Assembly: GCA_004297215.1 (NCBI GenBank)
Contig: SCUM01000001.1
Coordinates: 678,716-742,715 of the forward strand
Direction: 5' to 3'
Length of the DNA stretch: 64,000 bases
Source of the DNA: Patescibacteria group bacterium
GTDB taxonomy: Bacteria > Patescibacteriota > Patescibacteriia > UBA9934 > GWF2-40-263
Shown here: piece after piece, positions 37,742-46,164 of the stretch
How the letters are laid out: each line of letters opens with the position of its first letter
How positions within the stretch are numbered: position 1 is the stretch's first letter
Made by a program: the position numbers and the translations under genes
Notes under the pieces: model-generated
Told to the model about the DNA's origin: nothing
Database searches by the model: none
The model's input: only the letters and a program-made list of their open reading frames with translations

Positions 37742-39634
37742 ATGAGCGCTTACTTAGACAACTACCTCAAACGCGTGGGCGAGGCCAAGGGGCCGCGTCT
37801 TGTTGATGCGCTCAAAAAAAGTGCGGAGGAATTCGCAGAAAAGCACATCGAAACATTTGACTACAACAGCCACATTTCCGGCCTCCTTTACGGCCATGTA
37901 CAGAGCGGGAAAACCGGGCAGATGCTCGCGATCGCTGCTGCAGCCGCCGACAAGGGCTTCAAATTTTTTGTACTGGTAACGACTGACAACGTGCTGCTGC
38001 ACAAGCAGACACTCGAGCGCGCCAAAACTTTCCTCGGCGGATTTATGGCCGGCTTCAATGTGCTTGGCGAAATGGACGAGGAGGCATTTATTACGCGCGG
38101 GCTGCAAATGCCGACAATTATCGTGCTCAAAAAGAATTCAAGCGTGCTGAAGACATGGGCGAACAACATAAGCAGCAATGCGCTTTATAAAGACGAGCCA
38201 CTGTTTTTGCTCGACGACGAGGCAGATGCATCAAGCCTCAACACCAAGGTGAACCAGCATGAGCAGAGCACCATCAATTCACTTTTAGAAAAAATCAGCC
38301 GTCAGGCGCCGTCAGGAATGTACCTGCACGTTACCGCCACGCCACAGTCGCTTGTCCTTCAGATTTCAAATTCAAACTGGAAGCCACAATTCTCTTTTTA
38401 TCTACCGCCGGGCGAAGGCTACCTCGGAGGCGATTTCTTCTACGGAGAGGAATCAAAGAATCTCATAGAAACGGAAGACAACGAGCGGGACGATCTCTTG
38501 AAAGCCGAGCATGTCCCGATCGGCCTGCGCAAAGCAGTTCTCCATTTTCTTATTGCATCCTCTGATCTGTTTCTTACCAAAGAGAAGCCTGTTTGCAGCA
38601 TGCTTATACATCCGGGTGCGCGCATCAGCGAACATGCAACGGTGCGGACTAAAGTCGAGAAATTTCTCGAGGGCGTAAAAAATGACCTTATTGCCAATTC
38701 GCAGACGCTGGAATTTGATCTGCGAGATGCATGGCAGGATTTCTCAAAAACAAAGGACGGAATAAAGAGCTTTGAGGATGTAATGAAATTCCTCCGCTCT
38801 GGCATGCCAAGCGTCAACATTGTGGTGCTCAACTCAAAGACGCCAGAGGGAGCAGTCTACGACAAAGGCCTAAACATCGTAATCGGAGGCAATACTCTCG
38901 GCCGTGGCGTGACTTTTCCAGGCCTGCAGGTTGTGTATTACTGCCGAAGCGCCAAAACTCCGCAGGCCGACACTTATTGGCAGCATGCGCGCGTCTTCGG
39001 CTATGACCGCGATCCCGGGCTATGCCGAATCTTCAGCCCCAAGCCGCTGATAAAGCTCTTCCGCGAACTGAATGATGCAAACAATGCGCTCTTTGAAACA
39101 CTCCGGCAGAAAGGCCCGCAGGCAGTCAGCATTTTAAGCCCCGCCGGCACCAAACCGACCCGCATGAGCGTGGTGCTCCGCGAAGACCTGATGATTGTGG
39201 CCGGAGGCGTGAATTACTTCCCGCTGCTTCCAACCTCAGCGAACCTGACAGAGATAGACAAGGAGCTGGGAGCAAAGGATGACGAGCGCGACATCTCGCT
39301 TGATGAGGCAGAAAAACTTCTGCGACTGGCGGGTGTTGAAAAAACCGACCTATGGAACCAGCATTCATTCCCTGACTGCATTGAGACGCTCCGAAAAAAC
39401 AACGTCAAATACGACTGTCGTCTGATTGTCCGCACCGAAAGAAGCATCAGCAAAGGCACGGGAACCCTCCTCTCGCCGACTGACCGCGAGATTGGTGCAC
39501 AGCATGAAGATCGGCTCGTTCTGACCATGTACCGCCTCAAAGGAGAGGCGAGCAAAGGCTGGCAGGACAAGCCCCTGTGGGTGCCTAACATAAAATTCCC
39601 GAACGGCACTTATTTCTACTATCAGCTGAAATAA
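37742..39634 (+). CDS. P-loop NTPase, probable Z1-domain family, associated with the C5 methyltransferase.
   Basis: Walker A GHVQSGKTG and Walker B LFLLDDEAD. 630 aa. Confidence 0.65.
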   Translation: MSAYLDNYLKRVGEAKGPRLVDALKKSAEEFAEKHIETFDYNSHISGLLYGHVQSGKTGQMLAIAAAAADKGFKFFVLVTTDNVLLHKQTLERAKTFLGGFMAGFNVLGEMDEEAFITRGLQMPTIIVLKKNSSVLKTWANNISSNALYKDEPLFLLDDEADASSLNTKVNQHEQSTINSLLEKISRQAPSGMYLHVTATPQSLVLQISNSNWKPQFSFYLPPGEGYLGGDFFYGEESKNLIETEDNERDDLLKAEHVPIGLRKAVLHFLIASSDLFLTKEKPVCSMLIHPGARISEHATVRTKVEKFLEGVKNDLIANSQTLEFDLRDAWQDFSKTKDGIKSFEDVMKFLRSGMPSVNIVVLNSKTPEGAVYDKGLNIVIGGNTLGRGVTFPGLQVVYYCRSAKTPQADTYWQHARVFGYDRDPGLCRIFSPKPLIKLFRELNDANNALFETLRQKGPQAVSILSPAGTKPTRMSVVLREDLMIVAGGVNYFPLLPTSANLTEIDKELGAKDDERDISLDEAEKLLRLAGVEKTDLWNQHSFPDCIETLRKNNVKYDCRLIVRTERSISKGTGTLLSPTDREIGAQHEDRLVLTMYRLKGEASKGWQDKPLWVPNIKFPNGTYFYYQLK

Positions 39635-39635
39635 A

Positions 39636-40049
39636 ATGGCAGACAAGCATACAAAAATTCAGAGGTCAAAAAACATGGCCTCGATACGGAGCGTGGGAAA
39701 TAAGAGCACCGAAATGGCTCTTATTTCTTTATTGCGCCACAACAAGATTACCGGCTGGAGACGGCACAGCAAGAAAGCAGCCGGCCGACCGGATTTTATT
39801 TTCCATAAACAAAAAATAGCCCTCTTCGTAGACGGCTGCTTTTGGCACGGCTGCAAAAAACACTGCATTATGCCCAAGAGCAACCAGAAATACTGGGAAC
39901 CGAAGATCGCCCGCAACAAAGCCCGCGACAAGGCCGTTAATCGGCACTATAAGATCGCTGGATGGCAAATACTAAGAATGTGGGAGCACGACATGAAACG
40001 TCCCGAGAAAATGCTCCTGAAACTTACCGCGATATTGGCCGGTAAATAA
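39636..40049 (+). CDS. vsr: Very-short-patch repair endonuclease Vsr.
   Basis: RSKNMASIRSVGNKSTE...RPDFIF...ALFVDGCFWHGC are hallmark Vsr motifs. Confidence 0.9.
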   Translation: MADKHTKIQRSKNMASIRSVGNKSTEMALISLLRHNKITGWRRHSKKAAGRPDFIFHKQKIALFVDGCFWHGCKKHCIMPKSNQKYWEPKIARNKARDKAVNRHYKIAGWQILRMWEHDMKRPEKMLLKLTAILAGK

Positions 40050-40067
40050 GCCACCTGTAATGCACAC

Positions 40068-40972
40068 CAATTCAGAAACAGCACGCCGCGGTGCGCGAGC
40101 GTCACCTCGCCCGGCCGCGGATTCGCTCCGCCTCCCACCAGGGCGACGGCGCTCGCGCTGTGATGGGGGGTACGGAATGGCCGCTGCCGCATGAGTGCGT
40201 TGCCCGCCAGCATCCCGGAGACCGATGCGATGGTGGTCGCCTCGATCGCTTCCTCGCTCGTGAGTGGCGGGAGCAACCCCGGCAGGGCGCGGGCAAGAAG
40301 GGTCTTCCCCGTGCCAGGCGGGCCTTTCATGAGGAGATTGTGGCCCCCCGAGGCCGCGATTTCCAGCCCCCGCTTGGCATATTCCTGTCCACGGATGTCC
40401 GAGAAATCCACCTCGCATGGCGCAGGAGGCTTCGGGGGGAGCGGTTCGGACCTCTGGAGCGTCGAAATGCCGGTGAAGTGGTCCACCAAGGCGCTCAATG
40501 AATGGACGCCGAACACCTCGATGCCGTCGACCAGGGCGGCTTCCGGGGCGTTTTGCGACGGGACGAACATCCGCCTGAGTCCGCGGCTTGCCGCCATGCG
40601 CGCGGCGGCCAGGATGCCGTGCACCGGCCGCACGCTCCCGTCAAGCGCCAGTTCTCCAAGGATGACGGCATCCGAAACAGGCGGGCAGGTAAGGTCGCCG
40701 CTGGCGAACAGCATGGAAATGGCAACGGCAAGGTCGAAGAGCGGCCCCTGTTTCTTTACGTCTGCCGGAGCGAGGTTCACGGTGATGCGCGTGCGTGGGA
40801 AGGAGAACCCCGCGTGCTTGATGGCGGCGCGGATGCGGTCGCGCGATTCCTTTACGGTCGCATCCGGAAGCCCGACCACGTTGAAATTAGGCATCCCGAA
40901 CGAAATGTCGGTCTCTACCGTCACGGGAACGGCGTCGATGCCGAGGATGGTGGCCGAAATGACCTGTCTCAT
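40068..40972 (-). pseudogene. comM: comM/yifB (Mg-chelatase-like AAA+ ATPase) truncated inside its Walker B codons by the element. This is the right attachment junction.
   Basis: MRQVISATILGIDAVPVTVETDIS...GPPGTGKTLLA...LAHRGVLFL, then homology stops at about 40070 where GC drops. Confidence 0.8.
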
Positions 40973-41023
40973 AGGAGAAAAACAAAACCCCCGCCGGATG
41001 GCGAGGGTCATGTGATTGATTGA

Positions 41024-41506
41024 CTATAGGATACCCGATGCGGGAGCCGTTGTCAAGTCGCGCGGCGGCCTCCCTCCACTCAACAGAAGCCCTCCGACCC
41101 CCGCGACGATGAGGATGTCGCACAGGTTGATCGCCAGGCGCCCGAACAGCAGCACATAATCGACCGTGAACCCGTAGGCGAGGCGGTCGAACAGGTTCCC
41201 GGCGGCCCCAAGCAGGATGATAACGGCAAAAAGGCTTCCCATCGGCCGGCGCACCCTTGATGTCCAGGCAAGACGCACGAGAAAGGCGGCGATGATTCCC
41301 GTGGTCACGAGGATAATCGGCATCCTGAACGGAAGGTCGAAGGCAATCCCGAAATTCTTATGGACGACGAGCTCCACGAGCCTCGGATGCGCAATCGCCT
41401 CATCGCCTGGGAGCGCCTGGAGCGCCCACGCCTTGATCCATTCGTCGGTGACGACCACGGCCGCCGTCCCAAGGACGGCGAGTGCACGAGCGATGCCCGG
41501 CTTCAC
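41024..41506 (-). CDS. lspA: Lipoprotein signal peptidase II.
   Basis: HKNFGIAF and GAAGNLFDRL motifs. GTG start in a GTGA overlap with the dksA stop. Confidence 0.75.
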   Translation of the reverse strand: MKPGIARALAVLGTAAVVVTDEWIKAWALQALPGDEAIAHPRLVELVVHKNFGIAFDLPFRMPIILVTTGIIAAFLVRLAWTSRVRRPMGSLFAVIILLGAAGNLFDRLAYGFTVDYVLLFGRLAINLCDILIVAGVGGLLLSGGRPPRDLTTAPASGIL

Positions 41507-41892
41507 ATCTCCTGGGTAAGCGTTTTCTTGCACTGGATGCACGAGGTGGAGGTCGGCCTGGCGATGAGACGACGCTCGTCGATGGGTTGCTTGCAGTACT
41601 TGCACGTGCCATAGGTCCCCGTATCCACCAGCTTCAGGGCTCCCTCCACATCGCGAAGTGCCTTGACCAGTTCATCTTCGAGGGACAAGTTGTCGCTGAA
41701 TTGAGCCACTTCTGAAGCGTTTTCATCCTCCGCATCGCCGGAGTTCGGGAAATCCGCCGTGTATTCCGTTTTAGCCGCTTGCGGGTTGCGGTGGGCGAAT
41801 TGCCCAAGTTCATGCTCAAGACGAGCCTTCTCCATCACCAAAAGTCCTTTCATTTTGTCGATGAATGCAGCATCCATAAAGTCAAAAATCAT
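41503..41892 (-). CDS. dksA: DksA/TraR-family C4 zinc-finger regulator.
   Basis: CKYCKQPIDERRLIARPTSTSCIQC zinc finger preceded by a coiled-coil region. Confidence 0.8.
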   Translation of the reverse strand: MIFDFMDAAFIDKMKGLLVMEKARLEHELGQFAHRNPQAAKTEYTADFPNSGDAEDENASEVAQFSDNLSLEDELVKALRDVEGALKLVDTGTYGTCKYCKQPIDERRLIARPTSTSCIQCKKTLTQEM

Positions 41893-41962
41893 CTAACTTT
41901 AGCACCTTTTAATAAAATATCACCCTTTAAGGGTGTTGGCAAACGGAACCAGGGGATGTTCC

Positions 41963-42372
41963 GAAAAAAAGTGAGAGGGCGTGACCCCTATAGGAAAATA
42001 TGGGCTGCCCTCTCTGAGAGTGGACGGCTGAATGGGGCGAGCTCGTTTGAGCTCCGGGTTCCGCGCCGGACGGAACCGGATCGGGACTCGAAGCACAAAC
42101 GAACATCTACCGGCCATGGAGCCAGAGTGTCCAACGCACCTCTCTACCATTCAGTGGTCTTATCCGCAGACGGCTTCCGAAAAGGAAGACCGTATGATGG
42201 GGCGGACGGGCCGAGATACTGATCTCGTTACCGAGATTTCGCATCGGAGCAGTAGAGAAGCGGGATGGCCTGCGAAAGTTCGCAGGCGCCGTGGGGCAGC
42301 GCATGCTTGTTGGGACCTTCGCAGGGTCTCCCAATGGTTGGGTGGGAGGTTGGGGAAGGAGCGTGTCGGGTA
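41963..42372 (-). ncRNA. Candidate structured non-coding RNA of about 410 nt, or a long structured leader, of unknown identity.
   Basis: Minus-strand TTGACA-17-TAGATT promoter at 42380-42408. Many tetraloop-type hairpins (GCCTGCG-AAAGTT-CGCAGGC, CTTCC-GAAAA-GGAAG, GAGCTC-GTTT-GAGCTC). Terminator GAGAGGG...CCCTCTC plus T7 at 41963-42014. No plausible ORF. Confidence 0.25.
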
Positions 42373-42472
42373 CTGCTATAATCTACCATGAATAAAAGTT
42401 TGTGTCAAAGGATTGTTATTCAGCTCTGTTGAGCTAAGGAAGTAAGAAATAGTCCCAATGGTCAATTTAGGT

Positions 42473-42513
42473 TATCCACATTTACACCCAGTTGTACACG
42501 AGTTATCCACATT
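42473..42513 (+). promoter_or_regulatory. Two perfect direct DnaA boxes (TTATCCACA) 32 bp apart inside a 38% GC island.
   Basis: Direct reading. A further 8/9 box lies at about 42703 and a perfect box at 49715. Confidence 0.35.
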
Positions 42514-43787
42514 TAATTGCAAAAAGTAATCGTTGTCTGCATCCAATTATTGTTCACGGAAACACTAGCAAATTCACGTGCAAGCTCTGAAAGGACAGAT
42601 GGTTGGATGGTGTCTGGGAACATCGCAGATAAGCCTACAAGGGCCGGAAGATCCACGAACAGAACATTCCCACCACAGGCCGTTTGGCTTCGTGGAGATT
42701 CCGTTATCCACGACTGAAGCAGATCAGGATCGTTGCTAAAAAGGATGTTCCCCCTATCTTCCGTGGTTTGAAGGATTGTTCCGTTACGTACAAGGACCCC
42801 CAAAACCTCATGTCCTGCCATGACGACGGACTCCACCGTGGTCTTCCCAGGGTCCGCAATGATTTCACTTGCCTTCGTATTGTCAGGCAGCAGCCAGTCT
42901 TTCGTCGTCGGGGATTGCATGGCGGCCGAAAGACGCAATACGTCCTGCGCGGCAAATCCATCAAGCCTTGATTTTTCAATTGAAAACAGATACCGATCGT
43001 TCTTCCCAAGAAGGATGGCTCCCGGCCCGGATGTCCAGGTCGAAATCGACTCCGCCTCTGGCCCTCGCAGAGGGACTCCAAGCTGGGAAAGAGATGGAGA
43101 AAGCCAACGAAGGTCTAGATTTGGCAACAATGGTGTAGCCACATAGGCAATAATTCCTTCGTAAGCCGGAATGGACATGCTTGGCAAACCCTTTGGGAGA
43201 AAGCGGATTTCAAGCGATGCGTCTCGTGTTACATACATCGTGCCGACAAGGTCGTCCGCAGTAGAAAACGAACCGATATCGCGTGATCCGCTCCATGCAG
43301 CGGGAGGAATGTTCCACGCGCGACGAACAGGCATCCCATGGATCGGTTGTGGTTGGTCAGAAAGGAGAAAGACATGGCGTTTTATCCGTTCCACCACGAT
43401 TCCTTGGGAATCAAGTGCTGCCATGGGCATGTGGCGGTCGTCCGAGCGAACCGCAAGAGACCGCCTGCCGTCAGGACCGAAGAAAATGGCAAATTCACCT
43501 TGGACGAACGGTCGAATGTCCAAAACGGTCAGCGAGCGATTGGAAATGAGGGGGAAGGCCCCAAGCGTCCGCCCCATCACGTCCCAGCTTCCCCCTCGAG
43601 GGGTGAATCGAGCCACGGCGATTGTCCCTTCGGGCGCGGCTGCGGATAGGGTGTCACGGCCGAACCACGCCCCGGAAACCCCCCACGTCATGGCAAAACA
43701 CAGGACCGCCGCCATGATGCGCCACGAAACAACCCGCCGATGGCGGGTTGTTTGGCTTGTCCCAAGCTGGATTCCGAGGTTTTTCAT
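42513..43787 (-). CDS. Hypothetical membrane-anchored or secreted protein.
   Basis: 424 aa with high GC3 and an N-terminal hydrophobic segment. Confidence 0.55.
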   Translation of the reverse strand: MKNLGIQLGTSQTTRHRRVVSWRIMAAVLCFAMTWGVSGAWFGRDTLSAAAPEGTIAVARFTPRGGSWDVMGRTLGAFPLISNRSLTVLDIRPFVQGEFAIFFGPDGRRSLAVRSDDRHMPMAALDSQGIVVERIKRHVFLLSDQPQPIHGMPVRRAWNIPPAAWSGSRDIGSFSTADDLVGTMYVTRDASLEIRFLPKGLPSMSIPAYEGIIAYVATPLLPNLDLRWLSPSLSQLGVPLRGPEAESISTWTSGPGAILLGKNDRYLFSIEKSRLDGFAAQDVLRLSAAMQSPTTKDWLLPDNTKASEIIADPGKTTVESVVMAGHEVLGVLVRNGTILQTTEDRGNILFSNDPDLLQSWITESPRSQTACGGNVLFVDLPALVGLSAMFPDTIQPSVLSELAREFASVSVNNNWMQTTITFCN

Positions 43788-43793
43788 GATTCG

Positions 43794-46022
43794 TTACGGT
43801 CGCCGGGGCCCGTTCCCGAAGCCTGGGCGTGCCGGCGGACGGGTCGACGAGCCGCCCATGGCACTTTCGGGCGGTTTCTCTGGGTAGACGTTCCCCTCCG
43901 CCTGCTTCATGGACAGGTTTATGCGGCCAAGGTTGTCGATCTCCGTCACCTTTACCTGCACCTGCTGGCCCACCTTCACGATATCACCAGGTTCGTTCAC
44001 GCGCCAAGGGGCCATTTCACTCACATGGACAAGCCCCTCCTGTTTTGGCAGGAACTCCACGAACGCCCCGAAGTTCATGAGGCGCGTGACCTTTCCTGCG
44101 AACGTTTCCCCCAACTTTACCTCCCGAGTGAGGTTGTGGACCCAGGCTAGGGCCTTTTGGGCCGCCTCGGCATTCACGGAGGTGATCATCACCAGGCCGT
44201 CGTCCTCGATGTCGATGCTTCCGACCCCGGTCACCGCGATGATCTCGTTGATCATCTTACCGCCCGGGCCGATGACCGCGCCGATCTTTTCCGGGTTGAT
44301 CTTGAGCGTGATGATGCGCGGGGCGTACGGTGACAGCTCCGCGCGGGGCGCGGCGATCGCCGAGAGCATCGCGGCGAGGATGTGAAGACGCGCTTCCTTG
44401 GCCTGGCCGAACGTGACCTCGATGACGTCCTTGGTGAGGCCGTCGGTCTTGGTGTCCATCTGGATGGCCGTGACCCCCATGGCGGAGCCGGCGATCTTGA
44501 AGTCCATCCCCCCCGCGCCGTCCTCGAGGTCCTGCAGGTCGGTAATCACCTTCCATCCGCCCTTGCCGTCGGTGGCGAGCCCCATGGCCATGCCGGCGAC
44601 CGGCGCCTTGAGGGGAACGCCCGCCGCCATGAGCGCGAGGGTCGCTCCGCAGGTGGAGGCCATCGAACTCGAGCCGTTCGATCCAAAAACCTCGCTCACG
44701 GCGCGGATGGTGTACGGGAAGCTTTCCTTTTCCGGCATCATGCCCGCGAGCGCCTTTTCCGCGAGCGCGCCGTGCCCGATCTCGCGCCGGCCCGGGCCGC
44801 GCATGGGCTTCACCTCTCCCACCGAGTAGGGGGGGAAGTTGTAGTGGAGGAAGAAGCGCTTCTTCTCCACGTGCTCCATGCCGTCGAGCTCCTGGGCGTC
44901 GCCAGGGCCGCCGAGGGTGACGGTCGCGAGCACCTGCGTGTCGCCGCGCTTGAAGTGCGCGCTGCCGTGCACGCGCGGGAGCACGTCCACCTCGCACACG
45001 AGCGCGCGCACGTCGCGGATCCCGCGTCCGTCCACGCGCTTGTCCTCATGCAGGATGGCGAGCGACACGGCCTCCTCGACCACCTTGCCGATGATGCCGG
45101 TGCCGTACTTCACGTCATCCCCTTCCACTCCCTGTTGTGACAGGAACGCCTCGGTGCGCTTCTTGATTTCCTTTTTCTGTGCGGCACGTTCCACCTTGCT
45201 GGCTCGCGGGGCGCCGAACATGAGCTCCTTGGTGGCCCCATGGATGAACGGGCGGGCCATTGCCTCGACCTCCGCGCGACGGGCGTTCTTGGCCGCTTCC
45301 ACATCGGATTTCGGGGCGAATACGTCGCGCTTTTCCTTGCCGCAAGCCGCGCGCACTTCCTCGATGAGCTTGATGGGCGCCCCCATGTGCTTCATGCCGA
45401 ACCAGAAGCCGCCGAGCACCACTTCCTCGGTCGCTTCCGTGGCGCTCGCCTCCACCATGATCACCTTCTCGGAGGTGCCGGCGAACTGCAGGTCGAGGTC
45501 GGATTTCTTGCGCGCCTCATAGCTCGGGTTCAGGACCCACTCCCCACCGATCGATCCCACGCGCACGCAGGCGATGGGGCCCCTCCAGGGGATGTCGCTC
45601 ATGTGCAGGGCACAGGAGGCGCCGATCAAGCCAAGCACGTCCGGATCGTTCTCCCCGTCGAAGGAAAGGCAGGTGACGACCACCTGGATGTCGGTGCGGA
45701 TGCGGTCGTCGAACAGCGGGCGGACGGCGCGGTCGATGGCGCGGCCCACGAGCACGGCCTCGTCGGTGGGTCGGCCTTCTTTCTTGATGAACCGGCTCCC
45801 CTTGATGCGGCCGGCCGCGTACAGGCGCTCCTCGTATTCCACCATGAGAGGGAAGAAATCCATCCCTTCGCGTCCGGAGTCGCTCATGACGGCCGTGGCG
45901 AGCACGATGGTGTCGCCGTAACGGACGGTGCAGGAGCCGCTGGCCTGCGTGGCATACTTGCCGGTCTCGATGGTGAGCGTCTTGCCTCCCCACTCGGCGG
46001 AGAATGATTTCACCTCTGGCAT
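43794..46022 (-). CDS. pnp: Polyribonucleotide nucleotidyltransferase (PNPase).
   Basis: 742 aa with the RNase PH-like repeats, KH and S1 domains recognisable. N-terminus MPEVKSFSAEWGGKTLTIETGKYA. Confidence 0.95.
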   Translation of the reverse strand: MPEVKSFSAEWGGKTLTIETGKYATQASGSCTVRYGDTIVLATAVMSDSGREGMDFFPLMVEYEERLYAAGRIKGSRFIKKEGRPTDEAVLVGRAIDRAVRPLFDDRIRTDIQVVVTCLSFDGENDPDVLGLIGASCALHMSDIPWRGPIACVRVGSIGGEWVLNPSYEARKKSDLDLQFAGTSEKVIMVEASATEATEEVVLGGFWFGMKHMGAPIKLIEEVRAACGKEKRDVFAPKSDVEAAKNARRAEVEAMARPFIHGATKELMFGAPRASKVERAAQKKEIKKRTEAFLSQQGVEGDDVKYGTGIIGKVVEEAVSLAILHEDKRVDGRGIRDVRALVCEVDVLPRVHGSAHFKRGDTQVLATVTLGGPGDAQELDGMEHVEKKRFFLHYNFPPYSVGEVKPMRGPGRREIGHGALAEKALAGMMPEKESFPYTIRAVSEVFGSNGSSSMASTCGATLALMAAGVPLKAPVAGMAMGLATDGKGGWKVITDLQDLEDGAGGMDFKIAGSAMGVTAIQMDTKTDGLTKDVIEVTFGQAKEARLHILAAMLSAIAAPRAELSPYAPRIITLKINPEKIGAVIGPGGKMINEIIAVTGVGSIDIEDDGLVMITSVNAEAAQKALAWVHNLTREVKLGETFAGKVTRLMNFGAFVEFLPKQEGLVHVSEMAPWRVNEPGDIVKVGQQVQVKVTEIDNLGRINLSMKQAEGNVYPEKPPESAMGGSSTRPPARPGFGNGPRRP

Positions 46023-46164
46023 AACGAATTTGTCCTGTCCGGACGGGAGGCATCGAGCACCAGCTCGATTTCTCTGAGTCCGGACGGGAATATGGGCACG
46101 AGCCCTTAGCGATTAGCCTTTAGCCACTAGGGTTTCCTAATGGCTAACAGCTAACGGCTGATGG

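Larger units (their letters stand above)
1..40070. mobile_element. Integrated temperate prophage or integrative element. It is about 50% GC against a 65-70% GC host flank. The right junction sits inside host comM at about 40068. The element extends beyond the left edge of the window.
   Basis: Serine integrase, CI/Cro switch, replication, terminase, portal, capsid, fibre and lysis modules in canonical order. Abrupt GC shift at about 40070 where the comM reading frame loses homology. No comM C-terminal fragment in 1-1636. Confidence 0.75.

Noticed and set aside
41779-42222. 147-aa plus-strand ORF in the dksA-upstream region.
   Set aside because: It overlaps dksA in antisense for its first third and then runs through the hairpin-rich non-coding stretch. 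The composition is not protein-like.
41893-42372. Identification of the structured intergenic RNA as RNase P RNA or tmRNA.
   Set aside because: A GGCUCCAU-like segment and a GGUGCG segment are present, but in the wrong order and without the P4 partner strand. There is no tRNA-like 3' end and no ALAA-type tag reading frame. It is kept only as an unclassified ncRNA candidate.
42388-42520. Calling the AT-rich island with two DnaA boxes the chromosomal origin oriC.
   Set aside because: There are only two boxes and no dnaA or dnaN gene nearby. It is reported only as a DnaA-box cluster of uncertain role.
43171-46053. Numerous plus-strand and alternative-frame ORFs of 100-250 aa overlapping pnp and its neighbour.
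   Set aside because: High-GC DNA yields long spurious ORFs in all frames. Only the minus-strand frames show PNPase motifs and GC3-biased codon use.
46023-46164. Repetitive TAGC-containing hairpins upstream of pnp as a possible mobile-element remnant.
   Set aside because: They are more simply explained as the structured, RNase III-processed pnp leader typical of rpsO-pnp loci. No flanking target duplications or transposase are present.
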